Positions 48,299 to 60,900 are shown, numbered from the stretch's first letter. The stretch is DNA of 64,000 nt from Lepidodermella squamata (GCA_047495785.1 JBLDXI010000031.1:248001-312000), one strand, 5' to 3'. Numbers and translations are program-made. Notes: generated from the letters alone by a model not told the origin.

Positions 48299-51200
48299 CT
48301 GTCGGCTGGAATGTTCAAACTTCGAATCTTATCAAAAAACATGAGTGCACCGTTGTGGTTCATCAGCTCATAATGTGCCATAGCAGTAGACGGCCTAAAA
48401 CGGCAATATATCCGAATTATGTGAACAAATTTAACAACTAGCAAAATTACTTGTGCCCAGCACCCTTCGCGAAATTCGCATCCCCGAAACCATTAGTGTT
48501 GGCGTATTGGGAATGCGCGGACTTGCGGACGAGCGTGAAGCCAAATTTTTTCGGCGGAAGAGATGCTTCCTCACGCCAGCGGTCCCACCGCTTTTCCAAA
48601 ATGCGGTCGAGGTCAGAACTGTCCAATGGCTCCCCATCGATACTTAGTAAAAAGTAATTCGGCGGCTTGGGCTCCGTCGTCAGAAAATAATCTTTATTTT
48701 TCGCGAACAGCGACGGCCGCCAGTGTATCAAATACTTATCACAAATCCTCCATGTCTCTTCGTGGAAAATAACGAATCCCGCATTAGTAGTTTCTGCCTT
48801 GCACGCTACAAATAAACGAAAAATTATAACATATTAAATGGGATATAAAAAGACGAACCAAAAATGCGGACGAGGTAGACCAGCCGCCCCTCTTTCGTCG
48901 TTCGAGGTATCGCGGCCTCAAATTCTTCCACGGTCATTCGCCAGAAGCTGCTGGGTCGAATGATCGTTGTTTCGATCAGCGAGCTCGATACACACGAGGT
49001 GAAAATCAGCAGCGATTCACGGGTCGGACGACGCGAAAAATCGCCGAGTTGCATTGCCTCGTAGCGAGAAAACTCGGAGATCTCTCCGATACTCGGGAAA
49101 AGCCCCTTCTCGTACGAGTCTTCGTCGAGTTTTCGCTTGACGGCTCGCTCCTTGACTAGGCCATACTGAAGGGCTTCGCGAGCCTTATCCCACCGATCGA
49201 TCGCCTTGTCGACAAGCAGCTTCTCTTCAACAGAAGCTTCTTCGTTGACATACAGGGTGTTTCAGAACTCGCGCACTATACGAATCGCATGCGGCAAATG
49301 CGCGCGCATTGTTATGCATTGTTATGCGCCTATAGAGTTATACGCGTATACTACTTTACCTATAAAAGTACTACGCACTACTGTAATAAGCATATAAAAT
49401 ATGCGTAAAACACAAATGTACAGCATACATAATAGCACTGCCGAGCTATTTTCTGGCGGGAACGTTCGAGCCTCGATAAATTTGAACTGAGTTTCATTAA
49501 ATATCTTTTTTATTTCGAGGATGATGTCATGGTTTTCTGAAACATGCTGATTGATTGGACTCTGAAGCAAGAGGTTTCGAAACAATTTCTCAATTTCCGT
49601 GGCTAGATATTTCAGAAACTGATGATTTCTGAGAAAATTCTGATTTTACTTGATTTTAAATTCGTCGAAAAATTGATGATTGATTAGTTTCCTGCCTTTG
49701 CATCATTATTATTTTCACGTTGCGTGAATACTAGACTCCGACTGCACAAGTTTAGAAAAAATGACGTAGTTTGAACCACTGGCTTGAGTTCTACATCGAG
49801 TAAAGAACGAAAATCAAGATTTCCAGTTCATTACGTCGAATAAACGCAGCGATTCCATTTCGTGGATAACTAATCAAAATTGTCACAAAATAACAACCAA
49901 GAACATTAGGAGAAAATGATGTACGGTAAAGACCAAAATACTCATGGCTAGAATTTTCATGATCTCCCGAAAACCCAAGAAAAAGTAAAAAATTGATGTT
50001 TTCCAGACTTTAAGCTACTGCATCTCCGAAAGACCGAGGGTGACAATTGCATTTTTTCATATCACAAGGAAGCCAAAGATGTCCTCTACATGGCTGTTTG
50101 GTCGCGCTGAAATTCTATCCACAGGGTTCGCAAGGAATCGCATGTCAAATGTCACGAAAATCGTCGTAGTTGGGCCGTTTTCGGCCGCAAACGGGTCATC
50201 TTTGCGACCCTCCAGTTCGAGAACCCGTGGATGAATTTTTGATTTCTTGACATCGTTAGATAGCTGAAGACCTGGTCTACAAGGCTGGCGGGTCGCGCCA
50301 AAAGTCTATCCACATGGTTCGCAAGGAATCGCATGTCAAATGTCACAAAAATCGTCGTAGTTGGGCCGTTTTGAGCCGCAAACGGGTCATCCTTACCTCC
50401 CTCCAGTTCGAGAACCCGTGGATGAATTTTTGATTTCTTGACATCGTTAGATAGCTGAAGACCTGGTCTACAAGGCTGGCGGGTCGCGCCAAAAGTCTAT
50501 CCACATGGTTCGCAAGGAATCGCATGTCAAATGTCACAAAAATCGTCGTAGTTGGGCCGTTTTGAGCCGCAAACGGGTCATCCTTACCTCCCTCCCGTTC
50601 GAGAACCCGTGGATGAATTTTTGATTTCTTGACATCGTTAGATAGCTGAAGAGCAGGTCTACAAGGCTGGCGGGTCGCGCCGAAAATCTATCCACAGGAT
50701 TCGCAAGGAATCGCATGTCAAATGTCACGAAAATCGTCGTAGTTGGGCCGTTTTCGGCCGCAAACGGGTCATCTTTGCGACCCTCCCATTCAAGAACCCG
50801 TGGATGGAATTTCGATTTCTTGGTATCGCTAGATAGCTAAGCACCCGGTCTACAAGGCTGGTTGGTCGCGCCAAAAGTCTATCCACATGGTTCGCAAGGA
50901 ATCGCATGTCAAATGTCACGAAAATCGTCGTAGTTGGGCCGTTTTCGGCCGCAAACGGGTCATCTTTGCGACCCTCCCATTCAAGAACCCGTGGATGGAA
51001 TTTCGATTTCTTGGTATCGCTAGATAGCTAAGCACCCGGTCTACAAGGCTGGTTGGTCGCGCCAAAAGTCTATCCACATGGTTCGCAAGGAATCGCATGT
51101 CAAATGTCACAAAAATCGTCGTAGTTGGGCCGTTTTGAGCCGCAAACGGGTCATCTTTGCGACCCTCCCATTCAAGAACCCGTGGATGGAATTTCGATTT

Positions 51201-54200
51201 CTTGGTATCGCTAGATAGCTAAGCACCCGGTCTACAAGGCTGGTTGGTCGCGCCAAAAGTCTATCCACATGGTTCGCAAGGAATCGCATGTCAAATGTCA
51301 CGAAAATCGTCGTAGTTGGGCCGTTTTCGGCCGCAAACGGGTCATCTTTGCGACCCTCCCATTCAAGAACCCGTGGATGGAATTTCGATTTCTTGGTATC
51401 GCTAGATAGCTAAGCACCCGGTCTACAAGGCTGGTTGGTCGCGCCAAAAGTCTATCCACATGGTTCGCAAGGAATCGCATGTCAAATGTCACAAAAATCG
51501 TCGTAGTTGGGCCGTTTTGAGCCGCAAACGGGTCATCCTTACCTCCCTCCCGTTCGAGAACCCGCGGATGAATTTTTGATTTCTTGACATCGTTAGATAG
51601 CTGAAGAGCAGGTCTACAAGGCTGGCGGGTCGCGCCGAAAATCTATCCACAGGATTCGCAAGGAATCGCATGTCAAATGTCACAAAAATCGTCGTAGTTG
51701 GGCCGTTTTGAGCCGCAAACGGGTCATCCTTACCTCCCTCCCGTTCGAGAACCCGTGGATGAATTTTTGATTTCTTGACATCGTTAGATAGCTGAAGAGC
51801 AGGTCTACAAGGCTGGCGGGTCGCGCCGAAAATCTATCCACATGGTTCGCAAGGAATCGCATGTCAAATGTCACAAAAATCGTCGTAGTTGGGCCGTTTT
51901 GAGCCGCAAACGGGTCATCCTTACCTCCCTCCAGTTCGAGAACCCGTGGATGAATTTTTGATTTCTTGACATCGTTAGATAGCTGAAGACCTGGTCTACA
52001 AGGCTGGCGGGTCGCGCCAAAAGTCTATCCACATGGTTCGCAAGGAATCGCATGTCAAATGTCACAAAAATCGTCGTAGTTGGGCCGTTTTGAGCCGCAA
52101 ACGGGTCATCCTTACCTCCCTCCCGTTCGAGAACCCGTGGATGAATTTTTGATTTCTTGACATCGTTAGATAGCTGAAGAGCAGGTCTACAAGGCTGGCG
52201 GGTCGCGCCGAAAATCTATCCACAGGATTCGCAAGGAATCGCATGTCAAATGTCACGAAAATCGTCGTAGTTGGGCCGTTTTCGGCCGCAAACGGGTCAT
52301 CTTTGCGACCCTCCCATTCAAGAACCCGTGGATGGAATTTCGATTTCTTGGTATCGCTAGATAGCTAAGCACCCGGTCTACAAGGCTGGTTGGTCGCGCC
52401 AAAAGTCTATCCACATGGTTCGCAAGGAATCGCATGTCAAATGTCACAAAAATCGTCGTAGTTGGGCCGTTTTGAGCCGCAAACGGGTCATCCTTACCTC
52501 CCTCCAGTTCGAGAACCCGTGGATGAATTTTTGATTTCTTGACATCGTTAGATAGCTGAAGACCTGGTCTACAAGGCTGGCGGGTCGCGCCAAAAGTCTA
52601 TCCACATGGTTCGCAAGGAATCGCATGTCAAATGTCACAAAAATCGTCGTAGTTGGGCCGTTTTGAGCCGCAAACGGGTCATCCTTACCTCCCTCCAGTT
52701 CGAGAACCCGTGGATGAATTTTTGATTTCTTGGTATCGCTAGATAGCTAAGCACCCGGTCTACAAGGCTGGTTGGTCGCGCCAAAAGTCTATCCACATGG
52801 TTCGCAAGGAATCGCATGTCAAATGTCACAAAAATCGTCGTAGTTGGGCCGTTTTGAGCCGCAAACGGGTCATCCTTACCTCCCTCCCGTTCGAGAACCC
52901 GCGGATGAATTTTTGATTTCTTGACATCGTTAGATAGCTGAAGAGCAGGTCTACAAGGCTGGCGGGTCGCGCCGAAAATCTATCCACAGGATTCGCAAGG
53001 AATCGCATGTCAAATGTCACAAAAATCGTCGTAGTTGGGCCGTTTTGAGCCGCAAACGGGTCATCCTTACCTCCCTCCCGTTCGAGAACCCGTGGATGAA
53101 TTTTTGATTTCTTGACATCGTTAGATAGCTGAAGAGCAGGTCTACAAGGCTGGCGGGTCGCGCCGAAAATCTATCCACATGGTTCGCAAGGAATCGCATG
53201 TCAAATGTCACAAAAATCGTCGTAGTTGGGCCGTTTTGAGCCGCAAACGGGTCATCCTTACCTCCCTCCAGTTCGAGAACCCGTGGATGAATTTTTGATT
53301 TCTTGACATCGTTAGATAGCTGAAGACCTGGTCTACAAGGCTGGCGGGTCGCGCCAAAAGTCTATCCACATGGTTCGCAAGGAATCGCATGTCAAATGTC
53401 ACAAAAATCGTCGTAGTTGGGCCGTTTTGAGCCGCAAACGGGTCATCCTTACCTCCCTCCAGTTCGAGAACCCGTGGATGAATTTTTGATTTCTTGACAT
53501 CGTTAGATAGCTGAAGACCTGGTCTACAAGGCTGGCGGGTCGCGCCAAAAGTCTATCCACATGGTTCGCAAGGAATCGCATGTCAAATGTCACAAAAATC
53601 GTCGTAGTTGGGCCGTTTTGAGCCGCAAACGGGTCATCCTTACCTCCCTCCCGTTCGAGAACCCGTGGATGAATTTTTGATTTCTTGACATCGTTAGATA
53701 GCTGAAGAGCAGGTCTACAAGGCTGGCGGGTCGCGCCGAAAATCTATCCACAGGATTCGCAAGGAATCGCATGTCAAATGTCACGAAAATCGTCGTAGTT
53801 GGGCCGTTTTCGGCCGCAAACGGGTCATCCTTACCTCCCTCCAGTTCGAGAACCCGTGGATGAATTTTTGATTTCTTGGTATCGCTAGATAGCTAAGCAC
53901 CCGGTCTACAAGGCTGGTTGGTCGCGCCAAAAGTCTATCCACATGGTTCGCAAGGAATCGCATGTCAAATGTCACAAAAATCGTCGTAGTTGGGCCGTTT
54001 TGAGCCGCAAACGGGTCATCCTTACCTCCCTCCAGTTCGAGAACCCGTGGATGAATTTTTGATTTCTTGACATCGTTAGATAGCTGAAGACCTGGTCTAC
54101 AAGGCTGGCGGGTCGCGCCAAAAGTCTATCCACATGGTTCGCAAGGAATCGCATGTCAAATGTCACAAAAATCGTCGTAGTTGGGCCGTTTTGAGCCGCA

Positions 54201-57200
54201 AACGGGTCATCCTTACCTCCCTCCAGTTCGAGAACCCGTGGATGAATTTTTGATTTCTTGACATCGTTAGATAGCTGAAGAGCAGGTCTACAAGGCTGGC
54301 GGGTCGCGCCGAAAATCTATCCACATGGTTCGCAAGGAATCGCATGTCAAATGTCACAAAAATCGTCGTAGTTGGGCCGTTTTGAGCCGCAAACGGGTCA
54401 TCCTTACCTCCCTCCAGTTCGAGAACCCGTGGATGAATTTTTGATTTCTTGACATCGTTAGATAGCTGAAGACCTGGTCTACAAGGCTGGCGGGTCGCGC
54501 CAAAAGTCTATCCACATGGTTCGCAAGGAATCGCATGTCAAATGTCACAAAAATCGTCGTAGTTGGGCCGTTTTGAGCCGCAAACGGGTCATCCTTACCT
54601 CCCTCCAGTTCGAGAACCCGTGGATGAATTTTTGATTTCTTGACATCGTTAGATAGCTGAAGACCTGGTCTACAAGGCTGGCGGGTCGCGCCAAAAGTCT
54701 ATCCACATGGTTCGCAAGGAATCGCATGTCAAATGTCACAAAAATCGTCGTAGTTGGGCCGTTTTGAGCCGCAAACGGGTCATCTTTGCGACCCTCCCAT
54801 TCAAGAACCCGTGGATGGAATTTCGATTTCTTGACATCGTTAGATAGCTGAAGAGCAGGTCTACAAGGCTGGCGGGTCGCGCCGAAAATCTATCCACAGG
54901 ATTCGCAAGGAATCGCATGTCAAATGTCACGAAAATCGTCGTAGTTGGGCCGTTTTCGGCCGCAAACGGGTCATCTTTGCGACCCTCCCATTCAAGAACC
55001 CGTGGATGGAATTTCGATTTCTTGGTATCGCTAGATAGCTAAGCACCCGGTCTACAAGGCTGGTTGGTCGCGCCAAAAGTCTATCCACATGGTTCGCAAG
55101 GAATCGCATGTCAAATGTCACAAAAATCGTCGTAGTTGGGCCGTTTTGAGCCGCAAACGGGTCATCCTTACCTCCCTCCAGTTCGAGAACCCGTGGATGA
55201 ATTTTTGATTTCTTGACATCGTTAGATAGCTGAAGACCTGGTCTACAAGGCTGGCGGGTCGCGCCAAAAGTCTATCCACATGGTTCGCAAGGAATCGCAT
55301 GTCAAATGTCACAAAAATCGTCGTAGTTGGGCCGTTTTGAGCCGCAAACGGGTCATCCTTACCTCCCTCCAGTTCGAGAACCCGTGGATGAATTTTTGAT
55401 TTCTTGGTATCGCTAGATAGCTAAGCACCCGGTCTACAAGGCTGGTTGGTCGCGCCAAAAGTCTATCCACATGGTTCGCAAGGAATCGCATGTCAAATGT
55501 CACAAAAATCGTCGTAGTTGGGCCGTTTTGAGCCGCAAACGGGTCATCCTTACCTCCCTCCCGTTCGAGAACCCGCGGATGAATTTTTGATTTCTTGACA
55601 TCGTTAGATAGCTGAAGAGCAGGTCTACAAGGCTGGCGGGTCGCGCCGAAAATCTATCCACAGGATTCGCAAGGAATCGCATGTCAAATGTCACAAAAAT
55701 CGTCGTAGTTGGGCCGTTTTGAGCCGCAAACGGGTCATCCTTACCTCCCTCCCGTTCGAGATCCCGCGGAAGGATTTTCGATTTCTTGATATCGTTAGAA
55801 AGCCCAAGAGCTGTTCTACCTGGCTGGTTGGTCGCGCAAAAAGTCTACCCACGGGTTTTGCATGGAATCGCATATCAAATGTCGCAAAATTCGTCGTGGA
55901 GAGGCTGTTTAAGGTAACGTCAATGTTTTTTCGTTTATTCTTATGCAAAAGGTAAACGACGTTTTCCTGTGGAAGCGACCAAGTTTTTGCTCACAAATTT
56001 AGCTCACAGAAATTTTTAAACTCAATCAGAGTGTTGCAACATTTTACCTTTTTCAGTTCTTCTCAATTTTTACTGCTTTTTCAAGAGTGAATGAACGTGA
56101 AATCAAATTCATGGAATGAAACAACAGCAACAACGTAAAAATCACATCATCTGGAATAAATTTTATTATATTTGTATTTAAAACTCGAAATGTATTCATA
56201 GCCGCATTAAGGATCTGTCCTATTGGAGAATTCTTCATTGGGAAATCGGCAAATTTCCAGATATTTTGCAAGAGCAAGTCTTATTTCTTAGCGGTATCCC
56301 CATTACTGCAGCAGCGTTACGGTATATACGCGTTCGATTTGCGCATTTTATAATGCGCGCATACCGCTTGTACGCCGTTTCGGCGTATAACGCCAACTAC
56401 ATAGCATGTGCGCATTACACGCATAACCGTTTGCGCTAGCCGCGCTTTATAATATGCTGTGCAAGAATATAAACATATGTGCGCGGAATGTATGCACAGC
56501 GCGCGCACGTTTACTCTGGATACCAAGGCAACCATTTGCCGCAGGTTATTCTGATGCGCAAGTTCTGAAACACCCTGTAATACCCAAGCAGATCGATGAT
56601 GGCCTGCACATACTTGTATTTGCTGCCATCCTGTACTTTGAATGCAACGATCACATCAAGAATTCGATCCATTTCTTCTTTGTCGATCAGTTGATCGACA
56701 GAGTTTAACTTCGCCGAAGTCGTTAGTCGTTCCAAGATAGATTTCTTCGCCTTTTTTGTAACTTCCTTGTGAGCGAAATTCTTCCCACTAAATCGAGAAG
56801 ATTCGGAAAATCGAACGTATCTTTTGATCAGCAGTGCCAGATGATTAACAGTAATCGAGGCGATGGATGTTGTCGAGGTAGTAGCCGATGACACGGAAAC
56901 AACAGATACCACTGACGTCGAAATCGTCGAGGCATCGCTCATGATCGACTCAGTATCAGATCGTGTATCAGATCGCCCCGAAGTCTACATCAAAATGAAA
57001 AATAGATTAAAAAAGCAGATTCCACAAAAAATACCTTCAAATTTGCGTAATAAACATCTACTGATCTTTTCAACTCCTCGTTGCTTTTGCCCTGCTCCTT
57101 CGCCTTGGTACAATGTCTCTCGACATGTCGGCGAAATTCTCCGCTTTCGTAGTCATTACGACAAAACATACATATATGCCTCTGCCTCTCGCGTGATCTG

Positions 57201-57700
57201 CCGTTCCCAGCAAAACGGCCCAGCTCATCGCGAGTTCTTTGATTACCAGTCAACGCCGGTAGTTTAACAAGTTTTTCGACGTAATTTCCCGAATCACTGA
57301 ACTGGTTTTGCCATGAATCAAGCAAAAAATCCACTGTCTCCGAAACAGCATTCACAGCAGAGCATGGTCCAGTCAACTCAATGCCGCGCTTGCCAATTGA
57401 AACAGTAACATTCTTCGGCTCGCAGAGCTTCTCCACTTCCGCCTTTAATTCGTCTGTTACGACATAGCGGTATTCGATCACAGCCTTCTTAATGGAAGCT
57501 GCTGCGCGTTCCATAACGACGAGTCGGACTTGCGCCATCTCCTTGGCCTTCGCAAGCCGCACAGGTTCACCAGATAAGACAAGCGTGTTACCAGCAATAT
57601 CAACGCCATCTAGCTGAAATCGCTCAGCGATGTCTCGGAAGCCAGCGCAATTCACCTGATTGGCAATTGAATCAGGAATGTTAATTAAAGCCTTAGGCAT
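48299..57700 (-). CDS. Spliced tyrosine recombinase (KH-like x2, C2HC finger, Ser/Thr linker, core-binding domain, catalytic domain), disrupted by a MITE; exons 57700-57035, 56984-56578 joined to 49250-48859, 48805-48451, 48394-48299; a short 3' tail to about 47954 is uncertain
   Basis: IIRPSSFWRMTVEEF (R 48956-58), ACKAET (K 48798-800), YLIHWRP, FLLSIDGEPL, TLVRKS (R 48525-27), AKGAGHKPSTAMAHY (H 48453-55, Y 48370-72); introns of 50, 53 and 56 bp all phase-compatible. Confidence 0.8.
49253..56577. mobile_element. Tc1/mariner-type non-autonomous element carrying a 191-bp satellite array
   Basis: TIR CAGGGTGTTTCAGAACT.GCGCA; TA duplication at 49251-49252 and 56578-56579; excision restores LLGYY-VNEEAS. 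Confidence 0.92.
50040..55900. repeat. Tandem satellite, 191-bp unit, about 30 copies, several mosaic variants, decayed edge units
   Basis: Exact 191-bp period (repeated ORF starts 50346 to 55694); anchor GCAAGGAATCGCATGTCAAATGTCAC. Confidence 0.98.
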
Positions 57701-57866
57701 TCTATGGGAAAAAAGATAGCGTTCAATTGAAGATTTTCTGACAGCTATGAAAACTGTATTGATGAACGATGAAAAAATGTTAACAAGCTTCGTCGGGCTT
57801 TTAGCAATCGAAGATCTGAATTTTCTTCAGCCGCAATGCGGGAGGAAAATTGAATGCGAAAAAAAG

Positions 57867-58975
57867 TCACGCATTGCCACTAGATCCTAGTTTGATAATT
57901 TTGTCCAATAAATTTCTTTCTTCACGAGAGCCAAATGTAGAGTTGTAGTCTATATTCAGATCTTTGATTGCTGTTGAAATGGAAGTAACAGTTGGCGGCA
58001 GGCCTTTGTTTACTATGTGCCACGAAATGATTCGAAGAGTTGAAAGCTCGTTCTCTGTGTATTCAGAACCCTTTTTAGGTCCTCTGCGAGATGACGCCAT
58101 TTTTGCTGAAACAAAAAGTCTGCGAAGAGTAATCAAGAAAATCACTCCAACTCAGGCTAACATACTTAAATGGATCACTCCCGGTAGCCGAGGGTTCATT
58201 TAGATAAGCTTGGGTGATTGGTGCGTGACCGTGATTAGGAAACAAGGCAGGAAAATTCCGTTGGGATGCGGGCACCGATGGGACAACACATGAATTATCC
58301 ACAGCCAATGATGCCCCGCAGCATTGTTTTGAGTGATGATGGATATCGCGATTGAAGGCAACGGGCGAAGAAGGTGCAACAACTGCACGATTGGATGATC
58401 GATGAGCTTTGCTAATATTGAAATAATCCTTAGAATGCAAGAACCAGAGAACTTCAAATGATTATTACAGTATAGGGCGAGACGACTCTATGTAACGCGG
58501 TCTTTCCGGCAATAGACGATTCGGCTCGGCAATATCACTGACACAAGGAGAGCAAAAATCATCGAATTTAAAATGAGTAGCCCACGGCAAACCTGTCTGA
58601 AGATTCTTCCTCTCTTTCCACCGCATCGTCATCAAAGTCTACCAGTAAATCGCGGCGGCGTCTCTTTTTGTTAGAGCGAGGATCAGATGCGTGTTTTCTT
58701 TTCAAAGAATCTGCCGTGGAGCATACAAGTTCAATAATGCAAGGGCTTGGAGCGCCGGAACGTTGCATAGCGAACATAGTCTTGACATCATTGTCATTTG
58801 AGATCAGGATACTCAGGCTACTGAACTGGTGAAAAATCTGAAATGAATTAGCGAGACCAAAAGCTGCGGACAAGCTTGATTTCAGCTGAGCGAATGTAAT
58901 ATCCTCGTGATCAGGCAACCGGAAGTATCGATGGCCTGCATTGCCGGGCATCTTAACAACAATGCTTCGATCCAT
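57867..58975 (-). CDS. Upstream spliced ORF of the YR element: PB1-like, basic/acidic linker, Myb/SANT-like; exons 58975-58593, 58537-58469, 58411-58166, 58119-57871 (or stop at 57867)
   Basis: Three phase-2 GT-AG introns (55, 57, 46 bp) link four ORFs without stops; KRKH...KKRRRR NLS-like stretch; YTENELSTL...REERNLLDKIIKL. A phase-2 intron 57870-57702 would fuse it in frame to the recombinase. Confidence 0.6.
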
Positions 58976-59552
58976 CAAAATGTTAAACTGGAGTAGTGGG
59001 TAGTAGTTAACAATAGGATGGGGTGATTCGTGATTTAGTTGAAAACTATTTTACACCTTACATCTGAATCAGGCAAGTTTTAGGTTTCAGCGGGAACCTC
59101 TCTGAAAAACATGGAACTCGCGCTTGTTCGCCGCCTTTCCCATACATAGAAATCGAGCAAAAAAAATTAAAATCCATACAATTTTTTTTAGAAATGTAAT
59201 GAAAATTATTTCGGAATTTAATAAAATCTAGCCTCATTTGCGACAAGGTCAAGCCGCGTGATTATTGAATTTATTATCAGAGGTTCGGGTGCGCTGATTC
59301 ATGAGTTTAAGCTAGACGGCTTGACGGGTCGGCTAAACGAGTATACATACGGAGTAGTCAAGACTTCATCCCGCAGGTCATCCCGCAGGCCATCCCGCAG
59401 ACCATCCCGCACTTCGGCGGAAAGCTGCTGGACACTTGCGGGATGAAGTGCGGGACGTCCCGCAGCATGTGCAGGATACATCCCGCAGCATGTGCGGGAT
59501 ACATCCCGCAGTTCATCCCGCACGTCCCGCACTGGTGCGGGATGCAAAGTTA

Positions 59553-60900
59553 TATTTAGAAGATTACCATCGACTCCAATAGCTTTAAGTTTTATTAAGA
59601 GTTTCCGATGGCACACAATGTCGAAGGCCTTAGCAAGATCTAGGTAGACTATATCAGCAAATTTCATGCATTCAAAGGCAAAGGTCCAGTCAAGTACGCA
59701 TTCAAGCATTTGAGTAGCGGGTGATTTAAGTCGCATGAATCCATGTTGATCAGCAGAAATAATGCTGTGATATAAGAGGAAGTCGAGGATTTTATTTCGA
59801 ATTATGGTTTCGAGAATTCTACTAGGCGTGCAGGTGAGAGATATAGGGCGATAGTCAACAGGATTTTTCGAATTTCCCTTCTTTGGAATCGGAGATACAT
59901 GTGCTCTTTTCCAAGAGTCGGGTACCTTTCCACTGGTAAGAGAAAGCTTGAAAATATGACGAAGAGGTGCAATTAAGGGATTTTTTTTAATTTTTTGAAG
60001 AAAATCGTAGGAAGCCCATCAGGACATATAGCATAAGAATTCGAGAGATTAGTTAGAGCTTCATCCAAGTCGTTATCATCGAAGGTAATTTTTGAGATTT
60101 TATCATCAAGAAGAGGAGACGTTTGAGGAGTAATTAAGTCGTCTAAGGTAAAAACTGAGGAAAATTGTTTGTTAAGAGCTTCAGCCTTCTTAGCATCATC
60201 AAAACAGAGTACACTCCTTGTCTAGTAACGCAGGAATTTTCGAAGTGTTTCGGAGTTTCGAGTTAACATAATTGTAAAATTTTGACACGTCATTTGAGGC
60301 GATCATATTTTTTACATTTTCGTTCTCAAAGTTGTCTACGGCCTTTTTGTAATCAGCAGCGAGTCTGTTAAAATTAGAGAGCAACCTATCATAGTTTGGC
60401 GATTTAAAGGCAGTTTTTCGAAGTTTACTTTAGATACAGTTTCATCAAACCAGGTTTCAACGACTATGATAATGTCATATACATCAGAATCTAATAATAA
60501 GAGAAATTCAAAGAAATTCAGGCTCCGGGCATTGCAGTAGTACACTTTGTAGCGGCGGGTTGGCGAAGAGCCTGCGGTAACCTAGTTGATCTTCTTAGCT
60601 TTCGTAGACAAGGGAGCCGCGATCGGGTCTTTTTCGAGCGTTTTAGTCAGGAAGTTGTATGTGAAGCTGGCATTTGCAGTAATAAGTTGAAAGCCATCCT
60701 TACCCCACGAGATTTTTTGGTTATTCTTCGTGGCCTTGATTTCCTCGATTTTTTCACGAATAAGTTTGCTAGCAGTTTTTGACGGAAAAATCCAGAGGGT
60801 TTCCATCTCCTTTCTGTTTGTGATTTTGGACACACTCCTTGATAATATCCTCGGCGTTCAATGTTCAAAAATAACCGGTCGAGGTTTCGGCTCCATTAAA
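59553..60900 (-). mobile_element. Degenerate CR1-like LINE (ORF1 end, endonuclease start, 5' half of RT), cut at the YR-element end
   Basis: YYCNARSL, DIIIVVETW, KFYNYVNSK, DYRPISLT, QHGF, DIVYLDLAKAFDIVCHRKLLIKL; many frameshifts. Confidence 0.88.

Larger units (their letters stand above)
46809..59550 (-). mobile_element. 12.7-kb tyrosine-recombinase-encoding element with inverted termini (about 5.4 kb without its nested MITE)
   Basis: TIR ACTTTGCATCCCGCACCA at both ends, each flanked by TA; terminal hairpins CCCGCAC..GTGCGGG; CATCCCGCAG arrays at about 46860-47090 and 59365-59540; internal spliced YR gene. Confidence 0.8.

Noticed and set aside
50152-55694. 29 tandem 64-aa ORFs with overlapping stop/start codons, resembling a peptide operon
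   Set aside because: They are a by-product of the 191-bp satellite period; variants change residues freely and the array lies within a MITE.
41942-55900. CRISPR-like appearance of the two arrays
   Set aside because: Whole units repeat with no unique spacers; no cas genes; eukaryotic context.
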